Source: Octopus sinensis (taxonomy: Eukaryota). Taken from it: DNA of 64,000 nucleotides. The notes under the pieces are model-generated. The model was not told the DNA's origin, made no database searches, and saw only the letters and a list, made by a program, of their open reading frames with translations. Each line of letters opens with the position of its first letter. Position 1 is the stretch's first letter. The stretch spans positions 62,001-126,000 of the forward strand of contig NW_021832221.1 of assembly GCF_006345805.1 (NCBI RefSeq). Direction: 5' to 3'. Below are positions 62,730 through 64,000 of this stretch, in pieces. The position numbers and the translations under genes were made by a program.

Positions 62730-63560
62730 GGCTAGCGAGTGAAGCTTACTGATGCACCACTTCTTTATCACCTCATTGAAACTAAAAAGCCCTTTTACAA
62801 AGCTTTTAAGGTGTTTAGGACAAGGACGTTGTCAGCGTACAATGCTAGTTTTTGTTCTTGTATGAATCGTCTGTCTACATTAAAAATTCTTCGATATAAA
62901 AATGAATATTTGGCATTTGGATTAATAAAAAATTCCTTTGATAATAGAACATACTGCTTACTGTGTACTAAGTCGTTATCAAATGATGCAATGAAACCGT
63001 CCAAATTTTTAAATCATCTTAGGAGAAAACTTTCGGATAAAAAAGACAGACCATTAGAGTACTTTGAAGAATTAAAGGATCCTCTTCGTAAACAAAAAAA
63101 CGATTGACACTGTTTTTACAAATAGTAATGAAAGAAACAATAGTTGTTATTATTTGAAATTATGGACGACTAATTGCATCCTATAAAATTGCAATGATTA
63201 TTGCCAAAAATAAGAGTTCCCACGTTTCTGGTGAAAATCACATCAAACCATCTATATCAGTGATTCTATCAGATCTGATGGGTTTACATCCTGACGAAAT
63301 TTTAAAATCTGCCAATTAGCAATGATTCAATTCGCCGCAGGATTGACGAAATGTCTGATAATGTTGAACATATTTTATGTGAAAAGCTTAAAAATACTAT
63401 TTTTTCGCTTCAAATTGACGAAAATCATATATGTGACAACCAATCAATTCTAATGGGATATGTCAGGTTAATCTTATTAGATGCTTACCCTTTAAGATAT
63501 TTTGACGATCATGATCTTCTTACAGAAGATTTATTATTGATTATAAACCAATTCAATTTT
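62730..63560 (+). mobile_element. hAT (Buster/ZBED5-like) 5' part with BED finger, cut by a CRE insertion
   Basis: EYLAFG...CLLCTKSLSNDAMKPSKFLNHL; SNDSIRRRIDEMSDNVE; FSLQIDE; GYVR-YFD with 30-nt intron 63467-63496. Confidence 0.85.
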
Positions 63561-63589
63561 TTTAAGATTCTTAAACAAAATATGAAAAA

Positions 63590-64000
63590 GTTAACACGAG
63601 TTTATAAAGAGCCTGGAGGTCAGCTCAAAGACGCCGCGCTGCGTATCGAGTGGCAGTTTCCGCGGAGCACCGCGACCGAGATTCGCTGGAAGAGCCAGCT
63701 CGTCTTCCTCCGGTCGTTGGTCTTCCTGGCAATCCTCCTGGCAATGTCGGTAAAAAGGCGAGTCGCAGACTTGCCGACGATTCCAGATGTTTCGAAGGTG
63801 AGGGGGACAAACTCGTAAAAGTCCGAAATACTTCCATACTTCGTCCTCTTAGCGTACTCAGCCTGAGCACTGGGAGAACCCGGATGGACTTGAGTAACAT
63901 CGTCGTGGAGAACGAGTCAACACAAGTTGCGTCCCAAATCACGGACTTGCCTTCCCTGAAAGGGAAGGTAGTCATCCCGTCAGGACGCTTTCCATCACTC
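63590..64000 (-). mobile_element. CRE retrotransposon 3' region, close relative of 4022-4580; runs off the window end
   Basis: ORF 63625-63975 and high nucleotide similarity to 4085-4490. Confidence 0.9.

Noticed and set aside
1-64000. Microsporidian, ciliate or prokaryotic origin; CRISPR arrays, rRNA, tRNA
   Set aside because: Alpha-catenin-like, two-finger GATA and complex I genes, dense introns and the standard code exclude these origins. The repeats have no unique spacers, and no rRNA or tRNA could be recognised by eye.

Overview
Eukaryotic, metazoan-type nuclear DNA in the standard genetic code (TAA, TAG and TGA all end genes). It comes from a reduced genome with abundant ultra-short spliceosomal introns (about 23-31 nt). 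The genes include an alpha-catenin-like protein, a two-finger GATA factor and the complex I subunit NDUFC2. This fits a reduced parasitic animal such as a dicyemid or myxozoan; the taxon is inferred, not proven. Two kinds of DNA alternate. AT-rich stretches of nested, mostly dead transposons occupy about 1-33.5 kb, 46-48 kb, 55.5-59.5 kb and 62-64 kb: pogo, Tc1, hAT, Merlin, Ginger-like, and RTE, CRE, R4/Dong and other non-LTR elements. Very compact gene islands lie between them: a TSP1/Ig membrane protein, RPUSD2, alpha-catenin-like, GATA, DDX19/DBP5, TBCD, MAPKAPK2-like, domino (SRCAP/EP400), a mini CCZ1-like gene and NDUFC2. Highlights: (1) six DNA-transposase copies from four lineages carry host-sized 25-30 nt introns that split conserved motifs, while no introns were seen in the retroelements; (2) one domino locus appears to encode both an AT-hook (SRCAP/DOM-B-like) and a SANT (EP400/DOM-A-like) C-terminus, with a 100-nt hairpin abutting the upstream poly(A) signal; (3) CCZ1 and alpha-catenin are domain-truncated. 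Exon structures were read by eye and some boundaries are approximate.
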